DNA of 61,860 nt, counting the filler, from Sphacelaria rigidula (Eukaryota): the NCBI GenBank assembly GCA_964200075.2. It is 9 parts of 9 records of this genome, joined end to end, with 100 filler letters (N's around TTAATTAATTAA, not from the genome) between each part and the next. Parts side by side here need not be neighbours in the genome. Positions count along the whole stretch, not along the records: positions 1 to 6,785 come from CAXNAA020018093.1; positions 6,886 to 13,670 come from CAXNAA020018094.1; 7 more parts are not named here. One strand, given 5' to 3'. Position numbers and translations under genes: made by a program. Positions 1-10,333 of the stretch are shown here, piece by piece (position 1 is the first letter of the stretch; each line of letters begins with the position of its first letter). The notes beneath the pieces are model-generated. The model was not told the DNA's origin and did no database searches. It saw only the letters and a list, made by a program, of their open reading frames with translations.

Positions 1-519
1 TTTATTTTTTGGTATCGCCACTTCCCGAGACAGCCACAGCTTATACACTGCCTCATGGGTGTCGGGGGGGGGGGGATGCGGGAACGCATTATATCGCGCC
101 GATTAGGACCGAATCGTGCTTATTGCATCCCCGGCGGCGAGCCAACACATGATGTCATGTAGAAAATTTTTCTCACGTTGGGACATGATCAAATTAGGAC
201 TACAGTGCTATACACCGGTACCCACCTGAGCCACGACCGGCAGCCGCAACTCGAGGAGCATTTCGAGTACCTTATCTAGTACGGTGCGGCTGCTGCAGTG
301 AGTGGGGTAGCCGCCGCAGTAGATAGGAGCAGCACCGTTGCATTAAAGATAGCTGTGTAAGCGGAGAGTGGCGCCCACATCGATGGGTGCACACCGCATC
401 GATAAGTGTCCAACACATGGCAAGTGGCCCCCGCATCGACAGGCGACCGCGGCAGCTCTCACACACGAACGTGCAGGTCCCGCGTGAACCATAGTGGCCG
501 CGCGATGTCTTAACCCTAC

Positions 520-766
520 TGTAATGCGTTAGAGGACCGCGTGCTTAGAGGACCGCATCGGAATTTGAACACCCCCATGGTTAGGGTTAGGGTTAGGGTT
601 AGGGTTAGGGTTAGTGTTAGGGTTAGGGCTAGGGTTAGTGTTAGGGTTATGGTCAGGGGCGTGGTACCTGCAGGGACTGGCCCGATTGGTTTTGAAAAAT
701 GTCGATCCTGAGGTGCTTTGAACCGCGGCGCGGTCCTCTAAGCATGCGGTCCTCTCACGCTTTACA
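520..766. mobile_element. MITE with ~37-bp TIRs (TGTA...TACA) and 5-bp TSD, carrying telomeric repeats
   Basis: The left end tgtaatgcgttagaggaccgcgtgcttagaggaccgc is the reverse complement of gcggtcctctaagcatgcggtcctctcacgctttaca with 3 mismatches. CCTAC is duplicated at 515-519 and 767-771. Confidence 0.85.
579..655 (+). repeat. Interstitial telomere-type (TTAGGG)n tract, ~12 units with variants
   Basis: ggttagggttagggttag... read directly, lying inside the MITE. Confidence 0.9.
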
Positions 767-2025
767 CCTACTGCCGTTGGTGTGACAAAAGAGCATGTCC
801 GTCGAGTGGGCGAAATTTCAGAAGCGTTGAGCCCGGGATGCGTTTTCCTCCATCATTGCTCCTACCCCACCCAACACCGCTACAGACTCTTTTTTGCGGC
901 TCTGAGAAAAGTTAAATATTGACCCAACAAGGCTATACGAGCTGGGCTAGTCTGGAAACGGATTTGAGCGCTCGAAGGAATATATCATAGACACAGACGA
1001 GTTGGGCTATGATCCGCATATTTATGGGGAAGGCGTATCGCTAGGGTAGACAGAGACCCGCGGGAGAGAGTGTAGTTGGAGGTGTCGTCCTGATGCCGAA
1101 GGAACTCCGAGGCTGGCGATGATTTCCTCTCGTAATATGCAGGCAAGAAGTGGGTTAGACCAGAAGTGATCGCCGGGGGGCGACCAGTTCCTTGGGGGAT
1201 GTAAGTTCTTCCTGAGATCAGGCTCTTCTTCGCATCACCTGGAGTTATCTGGTATCGTTGGCATTACAGGGTCTCGGTAATCTAGTCAAATCGGATCGTT
1301 CCTACCTTGTACCTGCATGCGCTGGTTCTTCATACATGTGTGGCATCAGTCTCTGATATGTCACTGCAAAGAGGCGTCTTCCACATCTCTCCCCCCTTAT
1401 GCACCTCAAGCCCATCAGAAGGGTGATAGGTGGGATGAGGCAATCATCAGTTTCGCTGATGATGTAATTGTGAGAGTGTCTTTGAGTGACAATCATTGAT
1501 TGAGTCACGCCACTGCTAATCGCAAAAGTAACCCTTCTCTTTACTGTGGCATTGAGTAAACACCCCCAGTAAATTTCGGTGACCTGTGGTCAGTAACAGT
1601 GCATGCATTGCAAACCCTTCGATTTTGGCTTTTCTTTGTCGTGTAACTGTGTCATATGTGAGATGTTTCCATCAGAATCTTGCGTCTGCCGGTTAAACAT
1701 GACTGGGCACTGGGGCGCTGAACAGTCCATGGGCACCTGGATTATTCATGCCCGAGTTCTGGGATGCCTTTGGTTCCACCTCTGTAGACACAATGTGGAC
1801 TGCGTTTGTAAATCAGGAAACTAATTTGACGCTTGCCATTCGTTGCTTCCCCTATTCTTCCGGGTCTCCGCAGTCTTACGCTACCCCTTCCACGAACACC
1901 CTTGAGTCTTGTGGACGACAACAGACTTCGTCTCGTAGTACACGGACATTCACCTCTGTTGGAGGATCACTCATGACAGTTGAGAGTCCGAAAGATCCCT
2001 GTAAGGCAAGCTTCGACATTTGGCC

Positions 2026-2283
2026 TGTAGCCAAATGATACCAAGCCGTAGGTTTCAGTATATTCGCATGCATGATTGGAGCAGTCGCAGGGGACAGGGG
2101 ATCCTGGATTGATTACTCTCATCTGTGTGGCCCCTTGCTGTCTAGCTCTTGAGCTGGTCTGTTGAGGATCACTCCGCAATAATAACAAATTAGGAGAAAG
2201 GACGTGTCGAGCACGAGGCCAGTGCTACTGGAGGAGTCTCTCGTGGATAGTCCTCTTGTCGAGACCGTCTGGCAGAGGCTACA
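2026..2283 (+). repeat. 5' LTR of Gypsy A (258 bp)
   Basis: Perfect 7-bp inverted termini TGTAGCC...GGCTACA about 200 bp upstream of gag. Size and downstream junction (ACA|ATATC) are similar to the LTR of Gypsy B. The 3' LTR is not in the contig. Confidence 0.7.
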
Positions 2284-2480
2284 ATATCTAGATTTTTTCC
2301 GGCACTCTGTTAGAGGAGTTGAGGCGGGAGGAGAAAGTTGGGCAGCAGCTTAGAGCCAATTTGGCCCACAGGCAGGAGGAGACCAACGTGAAGCGCACAG
2401 CAGAGGGAGACGCTCCGTGAGCTGGAGTACGCACAAGTCAGGCAAGAGTCTCTCCGTGAAGTGTTTGAAGCATAGACGAC

Positions 2481-4088
2481 ATGGCTCAAGCGGCGGCAGC
2501 GCCGCTGGTGGTAGGTGAGCCACTACAGCCGCCAAAGTATGGTGAAGTATGGACCGAGGAGGCAGCACGGCGTTTTTTCGCAAGATACGTTGAATACATA
2601 CAGCGGTGGAGTCTAGCGAATTCAGGAAGAACTATACGGCATGAGAGAGTAAACATAGGGCAACTCATTCCTGTCTACATTCACCGCTGCTCCGAAGACA
2701 CGTACAAGGACGGTCGGGCTATGACCCCCGATAAATTGCTTGATGCTGTAAAGCAGCATGCCGGGTATACTACAACCGGTGGAAAGCATGACGCTACGCG
2801 GTCTGCAGCTGACCTGCGTAGGGTACTTGCAATGAAGCAAAGCGGTGGAAAGTCCGTGAAGGATCGTGCTATGACAGTTCAAATATGAAGCGTTTTTTTT
2901 AAAGGACCTGATGGTGCAAGCCATGTACCGTGCGAAGGATAGGAGTTGGTTGCCTGGCCCGGCCGAGTCGGTTTCCATAGCTTTGGTGGACGGGATTTCG
3001 CCCCTGGAATTCAAGGCGTTTGTTAGATGTGTACTAACGAATGTTGGCGGCTGGAAAAAGAACCCGACGGTGGTGTTCAAAACATATTTGAGGTGACCGA
3101 CTAGTGGAAGTTCATTGAAGCACATGGCCGGCGCGACTCTGCAACAAGTGCAGGTGGTATGTAATAGATAGCCTCATGCACCGGGTGCGTTGTCGGGGGA
3201 AGTTGTAGGCCTGTCGTGGTCAGTTGAGACCAGATATCTTTTATATAATTAGTGTACCCATATTTGCCTACTCTCATATATCACACATATGCTGAAACCA
3301 CCATCGAATTAGATCCGACACATAATGCCGCACACCAACTCACGAACACATACCGAAACCACTGAAAGAAGTGGGGTACTAATACCTGGGAAAAACGCTC
3401 ATACAAAATGACATGTCATAATCCCAGATTTTCGGCACGCGAAAAGGCGTGTGCCGCCCCAGCAGATATGCACTGCAACCACTACATAGGGTATACCTTA
3501 AATAACAGAATGATATCTTATTCGTATTTCCCCTGCACGTCATGATCCAATCTCCATATCTATTTCCTTCGTATCCAGGCAGATCCTGGAGCGTAAGTAT
3601 AATCGATTAGTATGCGCCGCAAACAGCAACAGCAACAGCAACAGCAGCCGTCTACGCGAAAGTCGTTCACTCGCGCGTGTTACAACTGCGGCAACACCGG
3701 ACATATGATCAAGGACTGCCCCAAGTCTCGCGCTCAAGGCACGGCACAGGGTAATGCACGAGATTTATCAGGATCTCGGGGGGGTCGTCACGGTGGACGG
3801 CGCCGTGCCAACCAGGGACGCGGGCGCGGCGGCCGCGGTAGCAAGCAATCGGCGGCGGATGGTGGTACCTTCGCTGCTGTTTCTTCCACTGCATCATCAC
3901 GTGGTGACTCTGGATCTTATGGTTCGTCCGTAGCGGGGCGGACAGTGTCCGTGGGAAATGCTAATACTTCGGTGGGGAGTGATGGAGCGAATAGCTCGCA
4001 ACCCCTCAGCCAGACAGGATCCGTGTCTGGTGCATTCCCTACTGCTGCGACGACTGTAACAGCGCCATCTGCATATTCTGCGACTTGA
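2481..4088 (+). pseudogene. gag: Gypsy A gag, interrupted by stops and a 448-bp insertion
   Basis: ORF pieces 2481-2888, 2911-3096 and 3612-4088 are homologous to Gypsy B gag and include a CX2CX4HX4C knuckle. Confidence 0.85.
3162..3609. mobile_element. 448-bp insertion in gag, probable solo LTR with non-canonical TA...TA ends
   Basis: 5-bp TSD GTATG (3157-3161, 3610-3614) and short inverted termini TAATAGAT/ATCGATTA. Removing it restores the gag frame (ATSAGG-MRRKQQ). Confidence 0.7.
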
Positions 4089-4118
4089 TCTGGTCGGACC
4101 GACGATTCGCAGTTATCG

Positions 4119-6785
4119 ATGCCAAGTGCTGGAGGGCAGCCCTGGCGTCAGGTGACTCTTGGGGCAGAACAGGATTCTTCGGCAGGCGTGGTACCTTTCG
4201 ATCGCAAGCCTGAGTGCTTACGCGCAGATTTAGCCTTGCCTGGTTCTGTAGGTTCGTTCATGGCCGGCGTTATTCTGGATTCTGGATCCGCGCTTACATC
4301 GATCGGTGTGGGGTTGTTAGAGAAAATGCCTTCGCAGTTTGGCGGCGCTCAGCCTCAGATTCCGTTTGAAAACGGACCGCAAACGGCGCAGACCGCCACG
4401 GATGCTGCCGTGACGATTACACACGAAGCGGTGCGAATTACTGATAGCGTGCGTACGCCGTGGAGGGCTATGCAGTTGCAGCCCATTACTTTCGCTGTCA
4501 TGCCCGGTAGGGACAACATGATTCTATGTGGGATAACGACAATGAAGGAGCTTGCGATCGATTCATATCCGCTGGCGTTGGGGAAGCTACATCCGCGTGC
4601 TGTGCCGGTGTAAACCGGCGTGGAAAGCCCCAGTTACCTTCCTGTAAGGCGTGTGATTGTTACCATACGGTCATTCCAGAGCGCCAATGACGAGAAGGCT
4701 CCTCCTGATGCAGCGGCAGAGTGCTTGGTCGATCGGGGGCCTGATATCTTCATGGACGCAGCAGAGGAGGGAGGTGCACGGGAACGTACGCTTGAGGATA
4801 GTGTGCGGCAGACCGAGGAGAAGGGTCTGAGCGGCGATGGCGCACATTGTCTGCGCGATATTTTGGCTCGTCGCGTAGATACATTTCGCCGTGCGCTGCG
4901 TGGTGATCCGCCAGCGCGCGTTGAGCCCGTGAAGGTGCAGCTTAAGCCCCAGGTAAATGCGGTAAAGGCCAAGCCCAGACGATACGATCCGGGGAAGACC
5001 GGGTGGCTTGCCTCATGCATTGCAGCTTTGATGTCGTTTGGTTTAGTGGTGAGAAACATCCAGGCTATGTGGGCGAGTCCGGTGATGGCGGTACCGAAAA
5101 GGGACACATTCCGTTTGGTCGGCGACTATCAGGCAGTGAACGCGCAAGTGGAACAGTCTCCGGGGGCGATGCCAAGACAAGAAGACATGCGGAAGTTGCT
5201 GGGAGCCCAATGCTTCGGCAAGTTGGACCTGCTACAGGGCTATTGGCAGATGCCTCTGGCGCCGGAGGCTCAGGAAATCTTCACGATCGTCACGCCGAAC
5301 GGTTTGTTTACGCCTACTCGTGTCCCGCAGGGCGTGTTGAACGCCAGGGCGTATTTCCAAGGTGTGCTGACTGACATTTTGCGAGGTCTAGATTGTAAAG
5401 TGTGGGTGGATGACGTTTTCTATTTTGCTGAAACCGAAGAAGCACCATCAGCTTTGCTTGATGGACTTCTTGGCTGCTTGGAGAGGGTTGGTCTGTTCGT
5501 CGCTACGTATATGTGTACGTTTTTCGCACGCGGAGTGGTTTGGTGTGGTAAGGTGTACTCCAAGGAGGCTACTGTTTCGCATGATCCCGTCCGTATTCAA
5601 GGTTTGAGCAATATGCGACGTCCTCAAAACGCTTGTGAGCTGATGCAGTTGCTGCAAGCGGTGAATTGGTTGCGGACTTCGCTCCCGCGCATGGCGGAAG
5701 TGGTTGCTCCGCTTCGAGTATTTCTGGAACAAGTCATGGTCGGGGTTTCGCGTCGGACCAAGAGGGTGGCGCGTAATCGTACCATTCCGGAGGACGCTTG
5801 GACAGAGGATCGTGTGCGGGCATGGCGTGCTGCGCAAGAAGTGGTGGTGCAAGCGGTGCCGCTGTATCATCCTCGTCCATGGTGCGTTGAGTGATGCTGC
5901 GATAGGGTCTGCACTTTTGAGGCCAAAACCGGCCTGAGAAAATTCCATATCTGAATGTCGCCTACCTGAATGCGACAACATGTGCCACAATAGACTGGAA
6001 TTATCTCATGGGTCATGGATATATGTTCCACCTTGAGGCTCTAAGAACTGTGGTGAAAGTCAAAGGTGATTCGACATGCCTAAATCCCGATTTCCTCTCA
6101 GGCCGCAAAAGCGCAGACCCTATCGCGGCATCAATCTCATGTTTCTAGATGCTTCGGATTTTCACTGGGGTAAGCTTTTGACGCAAGTGCCTGTCGCAGA
6201 ATTTAGTGGTGTCATTGCGCTCGAAAATATGTCACACGAACCGTTGGCTTTTCTGAGTGGTGGTTTTAAGGTTTCACAATTGCGGTGGGCGACAGTGGAT
6301 AAGGGAGGTTCGCGATAGTCAATGCATTTCGAAGGCTAGAGTACTTGCTTTGGGGTGGTGTCCGCATTTTCACCGATCATCGCAATCTTGGGTACATTTT
6401 AACCCCGAAGAGTGTGTCACATCGGTAATGAAGATCATGGCACAACGGCTTGAAAATTGGAGAGGAGTACTAGGCCAATATCGATATGTCATTGAACGCA
6501 TTCCTGGAGCGCGCAATTGTTGGGGAGATTTGTTGTCTCGCTGGGTGAAGGTTCCTACCGTGCCTGTTCGTTCTGCTGCCGTGTGATGCCGATGATTCGC
6601 TGCCCTCGTTAGATGTCATTCGTACCGCGCAGCGCAAAACAGTCGGCCACAGTGTTCATTATTTTTCTACTAGTTTCGGTCAAGCTACTATGGCTGACGA
6701 TGGTTTCTTTCGCGTGCGTGTTGTCAGTAGTGATGTTTTGTGGATTCCGTCGGATGATAAGGCTCTACAAACTCGCTTGATGGTG
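4119..6785 (+). pseudogene. pol: Gypsy A pol (protease-RT-RNase H-start of integrase)
   Basis: ORFs 4119-4613 and 4620-5894 are in the same frame as the 3612 gag ORF. RNase H motifs follow the MITE. In-frame stops and frameshifts are present. Confidence 0.9.
5889..6136. mobile_element. ~248-bp MITE (GAGT-ended, Sola-like) in the Gypsy A RT/RNase H junction
   Basis: TIR gagtgatgctgcgatagggtctgcacttttgaggcc versus ggccgcaaaagcgcagaccctatcgcggcatcaatc. It interrupts HPRPWCV|LMFLDASD. TSD not resolved. Confidence 0.8.
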
Positions 6786-6885
6786 NNNNNNNNNNNNNNN
6801 NNNNNNNNNNNNNNNNNNNNNNNNNNNNNTTAATTAATTAANNNNNNNNNNNNNNNNNNNNNNNNNNNNNNNNNNNNNNNNNNNN
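6786..6885. other. Artificial contig linker N44-TTAATTAATTAA-N44 (also 13671-13770, 20556-20655, 27441-27540, 34325-34424, 41209-41308, 48093-48192, 54977-55076)
   Basis: Identical 100-bp spacer with stops in all six frames, between contigs of 6785/6784 bp. Confidence 0.98.
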
Positions 6886-7397
6886 ACTCCGACGTCCTCA
6901 AGCCGGGCAGGCGAGCAGAACAGCGTGCCACACGCCAGTTGAGGGGGGTTCATGAGAGATCAAACACTCGCAGGGACCATTTTGACATGCGGAGTGGAAA
7001 AAGATATCTATGGTGGTTACCTAACTGTCGCTAGCGTGACGCATAGGCAATCTGCAGCACACAAACGGTGGTGGTCGCGTGGACAGCTCGGTACAGTACG
7101 AGTAACCTCATAAATAATAAATGTTCCGATGTCAGGAGGTCATGCATTATCACAACTCGAAAGGAGAGACGAGAGTGCTCTACGATCAACCGCATGTCGT
7201 TGCATTCGAGACCCACGCTATTAACCACCGACAGCAAGCGTCTTGTGGCTTTCACGCGACGCTGTCGGCAGTACGCCAGGCAAACCGGATCGTAGCTACC
7301 TCCCGTCTGCGCAGTGGTGGTCACGCTAACAGACTGCACCGATTTCGCAAGACCTGTGAAAGCTAGACAGTTTGATTTTCATGAGCTATATGCACAT

Positions 7398-7739
7398 ACA
7401 AGATGAAAACGGTTCTCAAAACCTGAGGGAAGGTGTCCACTTCAGGTCCAGTTAAACATCAGAAGAAACTGTCCAACAGCAAAACGAAACTTTTCGGGCA
7501 TCGGCGTCGAACACTGCTCGAACAACGGAACATAATTCGACAAGTTACTGTTCGTATTAGAAAACCATGCGCTTGGAAACTTTGCAGCTTCGAAGACACA
7601 GATTTTGATGGAAAGAAACTTCTCCGGGCCCCCATGTGTGTTGTACCCGCCTGTAAAAGTCATTCCTTGTTTATCGATGCCTGGCTGGGGGACAGAGGAG
7701 CCAAGCTCCTCAAGGTTTTGGAAACCGTTTTTATCTTGT
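7398..7739. mobile_element. Degenerate MITE-like element, ~30-bp imperfect inverted ends
   Basis: acaagatgaaaacggttctcaaaacc versus ggttttggaaaccgtttttatcttgt; no TSD seen. Confidence 0.45.
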
Positions 7740-7847
7740 CCCCTTCTTTCGTTTCCTCCGTGGTTCAACAAAACAGGCCATTCGTCATTGTTACTCGTCA
7801 GAGTTATACTCACGCATGTTGGCGTAAAAAACAAGTGTTTTAAACTG

Positions 7848-8687
7848 TAAGAGCTCCCAGTCAGGCCGTGTCTTATCAAATTGTTTTTGACTCGAAAACG
7901 TACGGTGGAATCAAATTTGCTCGTACCTGATACGCCCACTGCATTTATGTTCTCAACCGTGCAAGGGTAGGTCGAGTAGAGTATACTCAATACTCAGTAT
8001 TTTTGAAGAGTCATAATTTGAGTACTCGAAGCTTGAGTAGAGTATTTGAGATCATCTTCAACGTACTCAAAATTTGAGCAGGGTATTGAGGTAATACTCG
8101 AGCGATTCGAGTATTACTAAGAGTGCTTCTTACTCAATATTTGAGTAGAGTACTTACTTGAGGTCGTACTCGATCTACTCAAAGTTTGAGTAGAGTATTG
8201 GAGGCCGTACTTAACGCACTCAAAATTTGGGTGGAGTATTTGAGACTATACTCAACGTACTCAAAATTTGAGTAGAGTATTTGAGGCCGTACTCAACGTA
8301 CTCAAAAATTGAGGAGAGTATTGAGGTCATACTCAAGTGATACTCTATACTCGAGTATTGCTGAGAGTGCTCACTCGATATTTGAGTAGAGTGCTTGAGG
8401 TCGTACTCGATCTACTCAAAATTTGAGTAGAGTATTTGAGGCTGTATTCGATCTACTCAAAATTTGAGTAGATTATTTGAGGCCGTACTCGACCTACTCA
8501 AACGTCGAGTAGAGTAAGTACTCGAGAATTTTACTCGAGTACTCAAAAGTACCTACTCTACTCGACCTACCCTTGCAACCGTGTGAGAAAATTAGTAGCG
8601 TGGACGAATCAGAAACAAGCGAATTCGATTCGACCGCTCGTTTCGACATCAAAACAATTTGATGAGACGGCGTCAGAAGCTACTCTC
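7848..8687. mobile_element. Old palindromic (foldback) element with ~105-bp arms, split by a hAT MITE
   Basis: 7850-7953 and 8584-8687 are imperfect reverse complements (tcttatcaaattgttttt / aaaacaatttgatgaga). Confidence 0.6.
7962..8575 (+). mobile_element. hAT-superfamily MITE with internal GAGTA/TACTC repeat array
   Basis: Perfect TIR CAAGGGTAGGTCGAGTAGAGTA and 8-bp TSD CAACCGTG (7954-7961, 8576-8583). Confidence 0.9.
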
Positions 8688-10138
8688 ATCCTCGCGAACG
8701 ATTGAAACAACGTTTTGGTAAGATTGAGAGTAGAGGATACGATGAGCAGTGAGGCGACCTGACGAACTGTACGTAAACAATGGTTGGTACAGTGGAGACG
8801 CCGCCAATTCCTACGCTAACCCTAACCCCAACCCGACTAAGGCATACCGAGAACCCTCGGGCAAGGGGGTGCAGGGTGTTCCCTAGGCAAAGTGTGCGTT
8901 GCCAGAGCTCAAATCGACGCCGCTGAGCCGAGTTTGGACGAAAACACGTTCTGGATGAGCTGGGTCTACTGCTCACCACCGCTCACCTGCCCCAGACCAT
9001 GAATTTTCCCAGAACTTTGTTCAGTCTGAAATCAAGTATAATCGAGTACCAACCATTATTTACGAACAGTTCGTAAGGTCTACTGGATACGATTGAGAGT
9101 GACAGAAAATAAAACGGTCAATTAGTTAATGAGTCATTTCAGTTCTGAAATGCCCTTCCACGATGCCCGATATGATTTCTGCAGTAGGTTGCCACTGAGG
9201 CTTCTGATATCCCTGAGTAGGATATCGACGTGTAGCTGTGAGCACACGCTAGTGATGACGGCAAAGAAAAGCACACCTGGGATGAAAAATTGGATAGGTT
9301 AGAGTGAATTACCGAAGCCACTCTCAACCAGCGCTCTACCCTTTACCTCACGAAAACGTTGTTTTGAACGGAAGCGATCGTAGCTGATGAACCAGTCGAA
9401 AAGTTCAAGGTTCGGAATTTTCGGGGCTCTCTTGCTGGGCGCAAACCGCATCGAACCGGCTCATTATTTCGTCGGTTAAGCACATGGAGAAACCCTGTAG
9501 AGGCACCTATAGCGAGATAAAGTTACTTCTTGAACATGGGACATTCGTTCATCTAAACAATTAGAGGTAATAGGAAACGCTGTGGAGTGTTGATCTCGTT
9601 CGCCACACAAAAGGTACGCGACGAAATACGTGAGGTGAGGTTAGACGGCTACAAACGTTCTCATGTTGTCTGCAGTGTCAGTCCCTGGGCCACAATATAT
9701 GAATCCATGTTCCCTGTCGGGGAATTTCGACAGTGATCTAAGTCACTCGATTTCATGTACAGATCAGAATCAAGCTCGGTCCGATCTGCGTTTCTATCAC
9801 ACCCGAAAGAGATTCTCGCATTTTCTGCTTCTGGGTAGTCCCAACAAGAGTTGACAATCTCAGGACCCCCTAGATCGGCGTACTTGCTGGAACACCCAGG
9901 TACTGAAAAACAATCACGGAAGTGCTTCGAGAATTCCGTCAACCAGCGGTGTAATCATCATACCATGACATGAAATATTTGGAAAAAATATCATTATTGT
10001 CGCCGGGCAGTCAGGCATGCATTTGTACCGAGCCCCAGTTCAACACTTCGTACACAAGACGCCCCACGAGAACCGTGCCATGTACTGTCCCCTTCCCAGC
10101 CCCTTGAGTAACCGTGGGTATCACTCTCGCCGAGAAAT

Positions 10139-10333
<195 letters not shown>

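Larger units (their letters stand above)
2026..6785 (+). mobile_element. Ty3/Gypsy LTR retrotransposon A, decayed, truncated at contig end in the integrase region
   Basis: Order is LTR, gag with CCHC knuckle (CYNCGNTGHMIKDC), protease (ILDSGS), RT (KLDLLQGYWQ, PQG, WVDD), RNase H (DASDFHWG, FTDHRNL), then the start of integrase. This is the Gypsy domain order. Confidence 0.93.

Noticed and set aside
579-655. True chromosome end
   Set aside because: The tract is short, internal and enclosed by TIRs and a TSD.
6830-6841. TTAATTAATTAA as a recurring regulatory motif or piggyBac target
   Set aside because: It always lies in the middle of N runs and is an assembly linker.
7962-8575. CRISPR-like array
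   Set aside because: There are no unique spacers; the units are degenerate tandem repeats inside TIRs with an 8-bp TSD.
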